From: an uncultured Acidobacteriota bacterium
GTDB taxonomy: Bacteria > Acidobacteriota > Thermoanaerobaculia > UBA5066
Length of the DNA stretch: 64,000 nt
Reading direction: 5' to 3'
Assembly (NCBI GenBank): GCA_963779415.1
Contig: CAVZYA010000002.1
Span: forward strand, 1,568,001-1,632,000
Shown piece after piece: positions 10,245 through 19,305 of this stretch. The notes beneath the pieces were generated by a model that saw only the letters and a list, made by a program, of their open reading frames with translations, did no database searches and had not been told where the DNA came from. How positions within the stretch are numbered: position 1 is the first letter of the stretch; the number at the start of each line of letters is the position of its first letter. The position numbers were made by a program, and so were the translations under genes.

Positions 10245-10308
10245 GAAAAGATCATGCCAGAAGCGAAGGCGCGCTCGTCCGCAGGGCTATGCGGAAAGCG
10301 CGCGGGCC

Positions 10309-10671
10309 CTATGCGGAGGCCGGGGCGCGGAGGCCCGTCGCGGTCCAGAGAGCGCCGGCGAGGTCGACCGCGCCGAACAGGGCGAGAGACGGAGGCGCGA
10401 AGCCGAAGAGCGCCAGCGCGGCGAACGCGAGGAAGACGAAGATCCTCGCGACCACCGTGGTGCGGTAGAACGGCACCAGTTCGAACCGCGCGGCGACGTA
10501 GTAATAGAGGCCGAGAACGGCGGCGAGAACGCCGACGACCCGTATCCAGCCCTCCGGTGAGTGGGGAATGCCGAACGGCGAAAGGACGACGTCCGGTGCC
10601 GCGATGAGGGTCGCGCCGAGGATCACGAGGTAGATCGAGAAGATACGGATGCTGGTTGTCGCACGGCTCAT
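10309..10671 (-). CDS. Small membrane protein
   Basis: Four TM segments; GGAGG RBS. Confidence 0.7.
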   Translation of the reverse strand: MSRATTSIRIFSIYLVILGATLIAAPDVVLSPFGIPHSPEGWIRVVGVLAAVLGLYYYVAARFELVPFYRTTVVARIFVFLAFAALALFGFAPPSLALFGAVDLAGALWTATGLRAPASA

Positions 10672-10674
10672 GGC

Positions 10675-11037
10675 TCAACCTCCTTGTGGCGAATCGTCCG
10701 AACGTCGCGGCGCCTCCGGGGGCAGCGGAGTCGAGGCGACCAGAAAGAAGAGCAGGACCAGGAGCGTCAGGAAGACGACGGTCAACGCGAGCCGCTTGCC
10801 GTGGAAGAGGCTCTCGATCCACTTCCGGATCTCGGCCGCGAGGACGTTCGCGGATCCGCCGTAGACCTCCATCTCGCGAAGATACCGCCTGGAATCCTCG
10901 GGTTCGTAACCGAGGGGATTGGCGGGAGCGATCGTCGCGGTGACGTAGATCAGGAGCGCGCTCCCGAAGCCCGCGACGAGAATGGCGGTGGCGATGAGCC
11001 TGCGGCGAGCGTGCAGCCGTACCGAAGTCAGCGTCAT
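10675..11037 (-). CDS. Two-TM hypothetical protein
   Basis: Two hydrophobic segments; tight packing with neighbours. Confidence 0.65.
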   Translation of the reverse strand: MTLTSVRLHARRRLIATAILVAGFGSALLIYVTATIAPANPLGYEPEDSRRYLREMEVYGGSANVLAAEIRKWIESLFHGKRLALTVVFLTLLVLLFFLVASTPLPPEAPRRSDDSPQGG

Positions 11038-11043
11038 GCGGCA

Positions 11044-11382
11044 TCACGCCATGAGCTGGCGAACGTGCCTGGAGATCAACCTCAGCTGCTTCGCGTCGGC
11101 GCCCCTGAGCACGGTGCCGGCGATGGGCGACAAGATGCGAATGGCTCCGGAAAGGCCGAAGCTGGCCATCTGCAGTGCGACGAAGTTGAATTTCCCGTCC
11201 TTCAGGGGTTTGAGCAGGTAGTAGTCCATTCCGGCTTCCGTGAGAGACAGAACGAGAGCCGTGAGGGCCTCCGCGTGTCGCGTGGGTTCCGGATCGTCGT
11301 CGATTGCCGAGAGCACCTTCAGGGTCTGCGTCCGGAGGGCCGGCGAGTGCGTGAAACGAAGGGACGGTTTCGAGGCAGGCAT
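11044..11382 (-). CDS. Hypothetical protein
   Basis: MPASKPSLRF...; coherent 112-aa ORF in a tandem run. Confidence 0.6.
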   Translation of the reverse strand: MPASKPSLRFTHSPALRTQTLKVLSAIDDDPEPTRHAEALTALVLSLTEAGMDYYLLKPLKDGKFNFVALQMASFGLSGAIRILSPIAGTVLRGADAKQLRLISRHVRQLMA

Positions 11383-11426
11383 GGGATGAGGCTCCCCGAT
11401 GCGAAGTCTACGCCGCGAAGACGGCC

Positions 11427-12425
11427 TCACGTTTCGCGGCGAAAGACGGGGCTGAAGACGGCGACGAGGAGTGCCGCGACCATGACCACGAAGAAGAAGA
11501 CCGTCCCGGTCGCTTCGTATCCGGAGAGCCCGAGATCGCCCATGAGATTGAGGGACGTATGCAGAAGCAGGGCGACGAGGATGGAACCCTTCGCTCGAAG
11601 ATAGAGCCAGGTGAAAAGAATCGAAACCGGAATGGCGTAGAAAACGCGCATGAGGACCGCGCCGAAACCGGTGAGGCCGAATCCCGCGTAGAGGTCGATC
11701 GGCAGGTGCCACAAGCCCCAGGCGACGCCGAGGAGGATCGAAGCGCCGACGGGAGTCCTCATCTTCAGGAGCTCGGGGAGCAGGAACCCGCGCCACCCGA
11801 TCTCCTCTCCGAGCGAACCTCCCAGAAGGAGGTTATGGGCAAAGCAGACAAGAACGGTCCACGTCGAAGCGAGAATTCCCCCCTGCAGAGCCGAAATCTC
11901 GAGTCCCTTGCTTCGGGCGCTGGCCACTACCCAGGCGACGAGAAAGAGAACCGGCATGAAGGTGACGGAGAGGAAAACCCATCTGGCCTCGGGCTTCGCC
12001 TGTAGGTTGCCGTTCGCCGGACCGAGGACTCGGCGGTTGAGGGGAGAGAAGAAGAGAAGGATCAGCGCTCCCACGGCCACCGCTGCAACCGACGGCATCA
12101 GCGGGAGCGACGTAATCCGGGAGGGAGCGGCCAGGGCGACGAGCACCCCAGGCACGACGAGCGGCATGAGAATGACGGGAATCGTCCACGGGCTGCTTCG
12201 GCGTTGCTCGGGCCCGAAGGTACTGGAGAGAATCAACCCCGAAAGCGACGGGCCGAAGACGCCGATCTGGGCGACGAGCCAGCGGAAGTCGTACGGGCCC
12301 TGGCCGCCGCGGGGAAGAACTCCCGAAAGGAGCCAGATCGGCCACGACAGGAGGCAGGTCAAGCCAAGGAAGATCCAGACGAATCTGCCGGAGGACTTCG
12401 GGTCGTCCACGGCCTCCGCCGACAT
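11427..12425 (-). CDS. CPBP (CAAX/Abi-family) intramembrane metalloprotease
   Basis: GEEIGWRGF, WGLWHLP, LLHTSLN motifs. Confidence 0.9.
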   Translation of the reverse strand: MSAEAVDDPKSSGRFVWIFLGLTCLLSWPIWLLSGVLPRGGQGPYDFRWLVAQIGVFGPSLSGLILSSTFGPEQRRSSPWTIPVILMPLVVPGVLVALAAPSRITSLPLMPSVAAVAVGALILLFFSPLNRRVLGPANGNLQAKPEARWVFLSVTFMPVLFLVAWVVASARSKGLEISALQGGILASTWTVLVCFAHNLLLGGSLGEEIGWRGFLLPELLKMRTPVGASILLGVAWGLWHLPIDLYAGFGLTGFGAVLMRVFYAIPVSILFTWLYLRAKGSILVALLLHTSLNLMGDLGLSGYEATGTVFFFVVMVAALLVAVFSPVFRRET

Positions 12426-12502
12426 GGAGACCTCCTGACCGGAGGAATCGCGGGCTCCTCACCATACCGCGTTCTCGGCGATGGGCGGACGCGTCCGCCG
12501 CC

Positions 12503-12931
12503 TCAGGCGGTTCGTGCCTGAGCCCTACCCCGATAGATTCGCGAGACGACCGCTCCGTAGAACGTGAACTCGAGGACTCCTCCCGCGAACCACTTCAGGA
12601 CGAGGCTGAAAGGAAGGGGGTAGAGAAGGTACTGGTTCACGTCGACGAGAAGCGCCACGAGCAGGCCGATGAAGAGGCCGTAACCGAGCCCCTCGCGAAG
12701 CGTTCCGGTTCGCGCGGTACGGACGTAGCCCCAGACGAAGAGGACGCAAACCAGTCCTGTCAGAAGAAGCGACCACCCCATGGCGCCGGGGAGGTCCGTG
12801 CGTCGAAGGTGCTGAACGGCCTCGTTGGCCCGCCGCAGGATGACGAGATGAAGAAGGCTGTTCCAGGCCAACGACAGGACGAAGAGGATGCTGACCGCGA
12901 GAGCGAATCGGGCGAGTTTGGGCACACGCAC
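12503..12931 (-). CDS. Four-TM hypothetical protein
   Basis: Hydrophobic profile; GAGG RBS. Confidence 0.65.
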   Translation of the reverse strand: MRVPKLARFALAVSILFVLSLAWNSLLHLVILRRANEAVQHLRRTDLPGAMGWSLLLTGLVCVLFVWGYVRTARTGTLREGLGYGLFIGLLVALLVDVNQYLLYPLPFSLVLKWFAGGVLEFTFYGAVVSRIYRGRAQARTA

Positions 12932-12932
12932 C

Positions 12933-13352
12933 TCACTTCTTCGGACAATCCCAGAGATCCAGTGCGATTCGCATCCGGTTCTGCGGGTCGTACTTCACGG
13001 GCACGACGCGTCCGGGTTGAATCGACGGCACGTCGAGGCGGGATACCAGAGCTTTCGTCTTCGCCTCGTACGGTTCGCCGTCGGCCGGGACGACGCGTAC
13101 GACGAACTCGACGACGGGGTCGTCGTTGATCGTCGTTCCCGTGTCGATGAGCCGGACGATCGTCCCGGTGGCAGATATGCCGGTCGCGAGGATCTCGCAG
13201 GACTCCTTCCGTCCGCTGTAGCTGTCGACGATCGATCGGCAGCCGAGAAGCGCCACAGCGAAGGCGGCGAGAACTGGTATCGCCGGCAGGAACGGCGCGA
13301 AGACCCCTTGGACCGTCGTCGTCGCCGGTCCGCGACGGAGCCTACTCGGCAT
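12933..13352 (-). CDS. Lipoprotein, DUF3592-like
   Basis: Lipobox LLGC; TGTTINDDP...VPVKYDP; start uncertain. Confidence 0.6.
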   Translation of the reverse strand: MPSRLRRGPATTTVQGVFAPFLPAIPVLAAFAVALLGCRSIVDSYSGRKESCEILATGISATGTIVRLIDTGTTINDDPVVEFVVRVVPADGEPYEAKTKALVSRLDVPSIQPGRVVPVKYDPQNRMRIALDLWDCPKK

Positions 13353-13842
13353 GACTCCACGGGAGCGTTCGGTTCGCATACCGCGCCTCTCCGGTGAAGA
13401 GGTGGTAGAGGTAGGAGCCGAGACAAAAGCGGCCGAGGATCAGGGCTCCCAGCGCGGCGAGAAGCAGGGCCTCCAGAGCCCACGCGAACGTGTGCCAGCC
13501 GGAGAAGAGAGTCAGCCCGATCGCGAGCATGAAAGTCCCCGCCATGGCCTGCGCGAACCGTCGTGGATTCGGCGCCGGGCCGAGGGGCGGCCGGCCCCGG
13601 GGTGTCGCCACGAGGCGGTTATAGAGGGCGTCGAAGGGATTCAGAGACGGGAACGCCGCGTTCCACCAGAGAAGCGCCCAGAGAGCGAGGAAGTAAGGCC
13701 ACGGCTGGAACAGCAGGCCAATCAGGACCAGACCCCCGATCGCCCGTGGCTGCCACATCAGGGCCGGATACTGGGTGGCACAGGCTTCCGACGAGGCCTC
13801 CCGGAAGCCCTGCTGCCGCACGAAGTTCACTTCTGCCGTCAT
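13342..13842 (-). CDS. DUF4395-like membrane protein
   Basis: PRRFAQAMAG and FCLGSYLY motifs. Confidence 0.7.
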   Translation of the reverse strand: MTAEVNFVRQQGFREASSEACATQYPALMWQPRAIGGLVLIGLLFQPWPYFLALWALLWWNAAFPSLNPFDALYNRLVATPRGRPPLGPAPNPRRFAQAMAGTFMLAIGLTLFSGWHTFAWALEALLLAALGALILGRFCLGSYLYHLFTGEARYANRTLPWSHAE

Positions 13843-13928
13843 CTGATCCCCCCTGTCCGTATTGGATCATGCAGGTCAAAGGCGATGGGTCTGTCCATAA
13901 TGCCCCTCGACTCCGGCCCGCCGTGACG

Positions 13929-14345
13929 TCAAGAGTCTGCTGATTGTCGAAGCACGGGCTTGATGTCGACCACGGGTGTTCCGTCGATTGCCTCGATCGG
14001 TCCGACTCGCAATCGACTCCCGGCGATCTCGCGAACCGTCACGCGATGTAATCCGAGTGGATTGGGTCTGTCGGGAGAGCGTGTCGCAAAGACCCCCTTC
14101 AGGGGCCGGCTCTCATCCCCGCGCGGATGCACCTTCAGGACGTCGCGATGGGCCTCGTGAAACCACGTGATCAGGATGAGTTCGTCGCCGGCCGAAATGC
14201 CCGCAAGCCCTGCTGCCGCCGTCGAGTTCACTTCGAGCCATGCGTCGGGCGCGCCTTCGTGCCCCTGGTGGGGCGCTACCCGGCAGCTGGTCAGCTCCGA
14301 GTGCAGGACTCCGATGGGCTTGATCGAATAGGTCGCTTCCGTCAT
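13929..14345 (-). CDS. tsaA: tRNA m6t6A37 methyltransferase TrmO/TsaA family
   Basis: IKPIG, GVFATRSPDRPNPLGL, DGTPVVDIKP; ATG at 14345. Confidence 0.88.
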   Translation of the reverse strand: MTEATYSIKPIGVLHSELTSCRVAPHQGHEGAPDAWLEVNSTAAAGLAGISAGDELILITWFHEAHRDVLKVHPRGDESRPLKGVFATRSPDRPNPLGLHRVTVREIAGSRLRVGPIEAIDGTPVVDIKPVLRQSADS

Positions 14346-14365
14346 CTCTGGTCCCTGTGTGAGAG

Positions 14366-14974
14366 TTATCGGTCTCTCTCCACCTTCGCGGGCTGACTCC
14401 CCGGGGGTACGATCCCGTTCATTCGAAGGTAGACGACGAGCTGGCCGTAATGATCCGACGCGTGCCAGACGGCGAGCGTCGTCAGCCCCAGGCGCGTGGA
14501 CGGGCCGCCGTACGGTCCGCTCACTGGTTCGAGCGCGTTGGCCGGCGTCATCATCCGGAGCACACTCTGGGCATAGTCGAACGACTGACGCAGGTACGTC
14601 ATGAGTTCGGCCTTGGTCGCGGCGGGGCTCGGCCCGCCGGTCGCGCACCCGGACGGGGGCTCCTTCTTTTCGATTTCGTTGAAAAAGGCGAAGTTTCCGC
14701 ACGCGACGTGTTTGACCTGCTCTCCGAAGGTCCGCGCCTCCTTGAACTCGCCGTTCGTCGGCTTGAACCCGTATTTCTCCGCAGGCATGGCGTCGGCCAG
14801 GCTGACGAACGATCGCTCGATCATCGAGAACGATTGCGCGACGGTGGCCGCCATCGAGTCGCCGCGCTCCTGCGAAAACCCGGCGGGAGCAAACAGGAGA
14901 GAAGCGATACTCACGAGCAGGGTAAAGAATCGCTGGCGAGCGTTCATGCCCTGATTGGAATGATTCGCGTTCAT
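14366..14974 (-). CDS. Exported DinB-family protein
   Basis: MPAEKYGFKP, RTFGEQVKH, HASDHYGQLVVYLRMNGIVPP; signal peptide. Confidence 0.85.
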   Translation of the reverse strand: MNANHSNQGMNARQRFFTLLVSIASLLFAPAGFSQERGDSMAATVAQSFSMIERSFVSLADAMPAEKYGFKPTNGEFKEARTFGEQVKHVACGNFAFFNEIEKKEPPSGCATGGPSPAATKAELMTYLRQSFDYAQSVLRMMTPANALEPVSGPYGGPSTRLGLTTLAVWHASDHYGQLVVYLRMNGIVPPGSQPAKVERDR

Positions 14975-15219
14975 TCTCCGGGCCTCCTCCCCGAATATGT
15001 ACACGTCTCTCGCGTGACCCGAGCGCGCCCCATCCAGACGCAGACTGCGCCCAGGAGCAGAAGGAGCAGACCGGCGCCGAGGAAGTAAAGGTGATGAACG
15101 GCGAAGACCTGCCGAGGCGCAAAGAGCCAGACGATGGCGGGGTAGAGCAGCGAGAAGAGCCCCGCGCCGATGAGAGCAGCTGCGGTAGAGTGATACGGGC
15201 CGAGCGTCGTTTCTGTCAT
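14971..15219 (-). CDS. Small two-TM protein
   Basis: GGAGG RBS; overlap with the next start. Confidence 0.55.
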   Translation of the reverse strand: MTETTLGPYHSTAAALIGAGLFSLLYPAIVWLFAPRQVFAVHHLYFLGAGLLLLLLGAVCVWMGRARVTRETCTYSGRRPGE

Positions 15220-15296
15220 TCTGACCTCCGGGCGCTGGATGACGATACCGCGTCCCGCGGCGACCGGCGCGTGTCCGCAGCAGAGCGTGGTCAGAC
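15219..15296 (-). repeat. Highly degenerate attC remnant
   Basis: Minus strand GTCTGAC-CACGCTCTGCTGCGGAC (R''/L''-like) begins at the upstream gene's stop; right half eroded. Confidence 0.4.
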
Positions 15297-15812
15297 GGCG
15301 ACCTCGTACTCACTCTGGACGAGACCGCTGGCATACTGACGGGTCGCAACGTGCCTCAGGAGGATATCGTGCGGCGTCGCGCCAAAGAGCGGGATGCCGC
15401 TGCCGATCAGCACGGGAACGCGCGTGATGGTGAGGCGCTGGATGAGCCCGGCCCGAAGAAAGCGTTGAATGGTGATCCCGCCATCCACGTAAAGATGCCG
15501 GATTCCCCGAGCGGAAAGCCGGGAAACGACTTCGGCCGGCGCCCCGGCCATCCGCTCCACGACGGCTCCGTCGGGGGCCGGCGGAAGCGTTCGGGTGCTG
15601 AGGACGAAGACGGGCTTTTCTCCATAGGGCCAGGATGGAAACTTCGCGACGACTTCGAATGTGTTCCGCCCGATGACAAGAGCGTCGACCGTGGCGAAGA
15701 ACTCGTCATAGCCATGAGGTTCGCCGCCGTCGGCCGGCAGAAAGTCGAAGCTCCCGTCCGCACGTGCAATGAAGCCGTCAAGACTCGTGCCGACGAAGAC
15801 GGATGCTTTCAT
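15291..15812 (-). CDS. Dihydrofolate reductase-like (RibD C-terminal) protein, cassette gene
   Basis: SLDGFIA, IGRNTF, LYVDGG, PVLIGSGIPLF. Confidence 0.9.
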   Translation of the reverse strand: MKASVFVGTSLDGFIARADGSFDFLPADGGEPHGYDEFFATVDALVIGRNTFEVVAKFPSWPYGEKPVFVLSTRTLPPAPDGAVVERMAGAPAEVVSRLSARGIRHLYVDGGITIQRFLRAGLIQRLTITRVPVLIGSGIPLFGATPHDILLRHVATRQYASGLVQSEYEVAV

Positions 15813-15832
15813 TACTCAGGCCTCCTGTTGCG

Positions 15833-15866
15833 GCCTGACGATATCAAGCTCCGCTGCTTGTTCGAC
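15833..15866 (-). repeat. Truncated attC remnant (34 bp)
   Basis: + strand GCCTGAC-GATATCAAGCT...GTTCGAC; shares ACGATATCAAGCT with the attC at 16414. Confidence 0.5.
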
Positions 15867-15873
15867 GGATGGC

Positions 15874-16392
15874 TCATTCCCGGGCCCGCCGGGTCCAATG
15901 CCAGAGCCCACGGGTGGCCTCCTTGGGCAGAGGTCGTCCGAGCTGACGCGCGATCAGCACCAGTTGGCCACGATGGTGAGCCTCGTGCGCCACGAAGTAG
16001 CCGAGAAAGTGCTCCAGGTCCGTCGGGAAGTTCTGCCAGGTACTTCGAGGAACGCTGCCCCCGCGTGAAGCACCGAGCTCGATGAGACGAACGATCCCTT
16101 CACTGCTGCGCGACAGGGCCCGCAGGAGCGCTGCGGGAGAGACTCGGCGCAGATCGACGAGCGGAGGCGGGATGATGCCGTGGCGTCCTCCCAGGGCCTT
16201 GATCCACCGACATCGACTGTTATGAAGGTGCGCCGCGACCATCCTCACGGTGCGGCGTGGGGCCCCGGGGACCGACATGGACCAGAGATCTGGCGGGAGT
16301 CGCTCGATCAAGTACGTCGTCACCCGATTGCTCGTTCGCCAGGCGCTGACGAGCCTCGACGGGTTCCCGGCTCTCCGTTCCATCCACGTCAC
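15874..16392 (-). CDS. DinB-family protein, cassette gene
   Basis: AHLHNSR and HEAHHRGQ motifs. Confidence 0.88.
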   Translation of the reverse strand: MTWMERRAGNPSRLVSAWRTSNRVTTYLIERLPPDLWSMSVPGAPRRTVRMVAAHLHNSRCRWIKALGGRHGIIPPPLVDLRRVSPAALLRALSRSSEGIVRLIELGASRGGSVPRSTWQNFPTDLEHFLGYFVAHEAHHRGQLVLIARQLGRPLPKEATRGLWHWTRRARE

Positions 16393-16413
16393 GGCCTCGA
16401 TGTCTCCCTATCC

Positions 16414-16473
16414 GTCGAACGATATCAAGCTCAGTGGTGACAGCAGCGAGTCCGCCGGAACGCGGGGTCAGAC
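16414..16473 (-). repeat. Degenerate attC
   Basis: Minus strand GTCTGAC...GGCGGACTCG...CTGAGCTTGATATC-GTTCGAC; both cores deviate from consensus. Confidence 0.65.
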
Positions 16474-16890
16474 GCCGCGCCGGGACCTGGCCCGTGCGAC
16501 GAGGCCAAGCAGGTGCGCGACGCCAATGCCGAGGGATAGTGCCGAGAAGGCCGCCTGACGAACGGGATACCCGGCGCCGCGCCACAACCGAATGAAGTCC
16601 GGAACGAGCACGAGGCCGCGAAGGATATAGACGCCCGCGATGAAGACCAGCACGGTGCGAACGAGGGGAAGGGGCGCCAGGACGCCGGCGCCAGAGAGGG
16701 CATAGGCGCCCCAGATGAAGAACATGACTGCGATTGCGGCCGTGATGAGGGCCGGAGCGAGGGAACCTTGGCGCGCCTGCAGTGCCAGGGAGGAGGCTCC
16801 GAAATAGAGGTATCCCGGTGCTCCGATGAAGATGATGACGACATGCAGGAGTGCTATGGCGAAGCTCCCGGTGGCGCCGCGGTGAGCCAA
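16468..16890 (-). CDS. Membrane protein, cassette gene
   Basis: Four TM segments; lies between attC sites; start uncertain. Confidence 0.65.
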   Translation of the reverse strand: MAHRGATGSFAIALLHVVIIFIGAPGYLYFGASSLALQARQGSLAPALITAAIAVMFFIWGAYALSGAGVLAPLPLVRTVLVFIAGVYILRGLVLVPDFIRLWRGAGYPVRQAAFSALSLGIGVAHLLGLVARARSRRGV

Positions 16891-16941
16891 GCGCGTGTCC
16901 GGGTCGGGATGAGAGGCTGTGACTTCAGGTTCCCTCGCGGT

Positions 16942-17011
16942 GTCTAACGCTCAAGCTAAGCCGATGTGACCGCCGGGGGCGGCCACGGTCGGCTTGAGCG
17001 CCTGGTTGGGC
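16942..17011 (-). repeat. attC site (70 bp)
   Basis: Minus strand GCCCAAC-CAGGCGCTCAAGCCGAC...TCGGCTTAGCTTGAGC-GTTAGAC. Confidence 0.9.
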
Positions 17012-17046
17012 AGTACCTCATGCCTTCTTCCAGAGTGACTCCCGGC

Positions 17047-17607
17047 TCACGTCCGGCCACGGCCCTGTGACTTCGGGGCGCTGGACCGGAGATTCTCCGC
17101 GACCGCGGCCTGGATCAAGGCCTTGAACGCCTCAGCATCGAGCACCTCTCCCTCCCTGATGTCGATGGCGCGACGCGTGTTTCCATCGAGGCTGGAGTTG
17201 AAGAGCCCCCGAGGGTCCTCCAAGGAGGCACCCCGGGCGAAGGTCAGCTTGACCACCTGTTTGTAGGCCTCTCCGGTGCAGACGATCCCAGCGTGGGACC
17301 ATACGGGCACCCCCAATGGGTTGGTGGGCTTGATCCATTTGCACTCCTCCACGATGTCCGGGTCCGCCTCGTGGATAAGGCGGCGAACCTCCGCCAGGGT
17401 CTCGGCGCGCCAGCCACCCAGAGACCGGATCCGCTCGTCGATGAGATGAGAGGCCGCCATCGCGGTCGCGCGCTCCGCTTCCGCACCGGGCTTGGCCTTC
17501 GCGCCTGCCTTCGGCGGAGACTTGGCCCCGGCGGCCGGCTTGCGTGGCTTGCTCGCGCGCGACGTGCCCTTGGCCTTCGGCTCACTTCTCTTTGGTTTTC
17601 GCGCCAC
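17047..17607 (-). CDS. DUF1801-domain protein, cassette gene
   Basis: ADPDIVEECKW, GVPVW, KLTFARGA, GNTRRAIDI. Confidence 0.85.
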   Translation of the reverse strand: MARKPKRSEPKAKGTSRASKPRKPAAGAKSPPKAGAKAKPGAEAERATAMAASHLIDERIRSLGGWRAETLAEVRRLIHEADPDIVEECKWIKPTNPLGVPVWSHAGIVCTGEAYKQVVKLTFARGASLEDPRGLFNSSLDGNTRRAIDIREGEVLDAEAFKALIQAAVAENLRSSAPKSQGRGRT

Positions 17608-17632
17608 GATTCATTCTTCAATTTGTTGTCAT

Positions 17633-17731
17633 GCCCAATGACGACCGGCGTTCAGCCGCTTGCACGAGCCCTTCTGCGCGTGCTCGCACAGAGCGGGGCG
17701 AGTGCCAGTCGGCTGCAACGGCACGTTAGAG
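17633..17731 (-). repeat. attC with damaged R' core
   Basis: Minus strand CTCTAAC...TGCAGCCGAC...GCGGCTGAACGCCGGTCGTC-ATTGGGC (GTT lost). Confidence 0.75.
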
Positions 17732-17762
17732 GGCCCCGCAGACGGAATGGCGAGAGGTGACC

Positions 17763-18410
17763 TCAGATCGACCGCTCCATGAGAATGGTGGCCTCCGCAC
17801 TCTCGATAGACGCGAAGACTGCCTGGCCATGGAACTGGAAAGTCTTGTAGGGTGCGGACAGAACGTCGTTGAAGCCCAGCTTCCGGAAGACATGCTGGGA
17901 CACACTGCCTGTCGCTTCGGTGACTGCGGTGCGGTAACCAAGGTGCTCACCATTAGCGAGGCAGCTTGAGATGAGCTGGTGGGCGATACCTCTGCCAGAA
18001 GCTGAGCGCGCGACACCTAGCATGAACAGGTGGAGGTGTGTGCCGGGGGCAATGTCCCGTGTGGCGCGGTACGAAGTGTCGAGGCTGTCGAGCAAGGCGC
18101 CGATCGGAGCGAAGGTGGGTGCAAGAAGGTGGAGACCGTCTGGCGTTGGCGTGCCGAAGTCATCGGTGAGCAGTGCACCGACGAGATCGCCCGTGAAGGT
18201 GTCGCGTGCGACCAGGGTGAGCCGCTCAGAAAGCGCCTTCGGGACGAAAGCCGGCAGGAAGCCCTGGATTTCGGCTATGGAAAGACCGAGTGCCACGGCG
18301 GGCGGGTCATAAAGGCTGAACACCTCAGCAAGCAGGCGAACCATGGAATCCGCTTCTGGCGCTTGGAGGAGCCCGTATTCGATATCACCGACAACACTGA
18401 GAGGAATCAT
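17763..18410 (-). CDS. GNAT N-acetyltransferase, cassette gene
   Basis: LGVARSASGRGIA, EATGSVSQHVFRKLGF; lower GC than the backbone. Confidence 0.85.
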   Translation of the reverse strand: MIPLSVVGDIEYGLLQAPEADSMVRLLAEVFSLYDPPAVALGLSIAEIQGFLPAFVPKALSERLTLVARDTFTGDLVGALLTDDFGTPTPDGLHLLAPTFAPIGALLDSLDTSYRATRDIAPGTHLHLFMLGVARSASGRGIAHQLISSCLANGEHLGYRTAVTEATGSVSQHVFRKLGFNDVLSAPYKTFQFHGQAVFASIESAEATILMERSI

Positions 18411-18424
18411 GTGTCTCCTGGGCC

Positions 18425-18490
18425 ACCTAACGCTTCGCCGATAACCTGCGGGGCGCGAAGCGATCCGTCAGGTTCATCGGCAGGTTAGGC
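18425..18490 (-). repeat. attC site (66 bp)
   Basis: Minus strand GCCTAAC-CTGCCGATGAACCTG...CAGGTTATCGGCGAAGC-GTTAGGT. Confidence 0.9.
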
Positions 18491-18627
18491 AGTGCGCCTC
18501 GCTGCCAGATATCGTGGTTCTGCGTGAAGTGGGTACTCGTCCATTCGACCTCGCAATAGCCCCTTCGGAGAAATCCGGAGGGGTCTTCGCATTCGGCCGC
18601 CGTTGACGCACAGTTTGGCAGATAGGG

Positions 18628-19305
18628 CTAGAGAGAGATCGACGGGTTGTGCGCATATTTCAGGCAGCCTCGGAACCTGCGCGCCCAGATTCGCTTGAGG
18701 AGCAGCTTCCGTACGAGCCATGGCATCCCTGCGAAATGAAACTTCTGCTCGTCGTCGGTGAGGGAGTGCACGAGCAGCATGAGTACCGACGGGCCGCCGA
18801 CGCGCTGCCCGTGCTTCGACGATCGCACCTCGAGCGCGAGGACCTCGTCGGCGCGCAGCAGCTTCGCCAGGGCCGTCCCGTCGAGCGCCGACTCCTCCGC
18901 GTCGAGGTGCGGGAACAGAACGTTTCGAACTTCGTCCGCTGTCCGATGCAGCGTCTCGTACGATCCGCCCTTGCGGAACTGCGCCGTGGCCGTCTCGAAC
19001 GCGCTCAAGCGGCCGAGGAGCTTCTCGTGATCGGCGCGCCAGCCCACGACGTCCGAGGCGTACGCGGGCAGCGAGGCGCGTGCGGCGACCTCCGTCAGCT
19101 TCGGGAAGATGATCTTCTCTTCACCGTCGTGGTGGGTGTGCAGGAAGCGCGTGAAGAGCGCACAGAACTCGGCGAAGTCGGCGCGATCGCCCTCGGGCAC
19201 GGGGGCGGCTGAGACGCGCACGATCGTTTCGAGGCTGCGCCGAAGAGCTGTGTGGATCCGGATCAGGCTCTGGGCCATCAGGTCAGACGGCGCCGACGCG
19301 TTCAT
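18628..19305 (-). CDS. Hemerythrin-domain protein, cassette gene
   Basis: IHTALRR, HTHHDGEE, DHEKL, PHLDAEE; start uncertain. Confidence 0.85.
   Translation of the reverse strand: MNASAPSDLMAQSLIRIHTALRRSLETIVRVSAAPVPEGDRADFAEFCALFTRFLHTHHDGEEKIIFPKLTEVAARASLPAYASDVVGWRADHEKLLGRLSAFETATAQFRKGGSYETLHRTADEVRNVLFPHLDAEESALDGTALAKLLRADEVLALEVRSSKHGQRVGGPSVLMLLVHSLTDDEQKFHFAGMPWLVRKLLLKRIWARRFRGCLKYAHNPSISL

Noticed and set aside
11427-12425. CPBP/Abi protein as an anti-phage system
   Set aside because: The 'Abi' label of this protease family does not imply defence, and there is no supporting context
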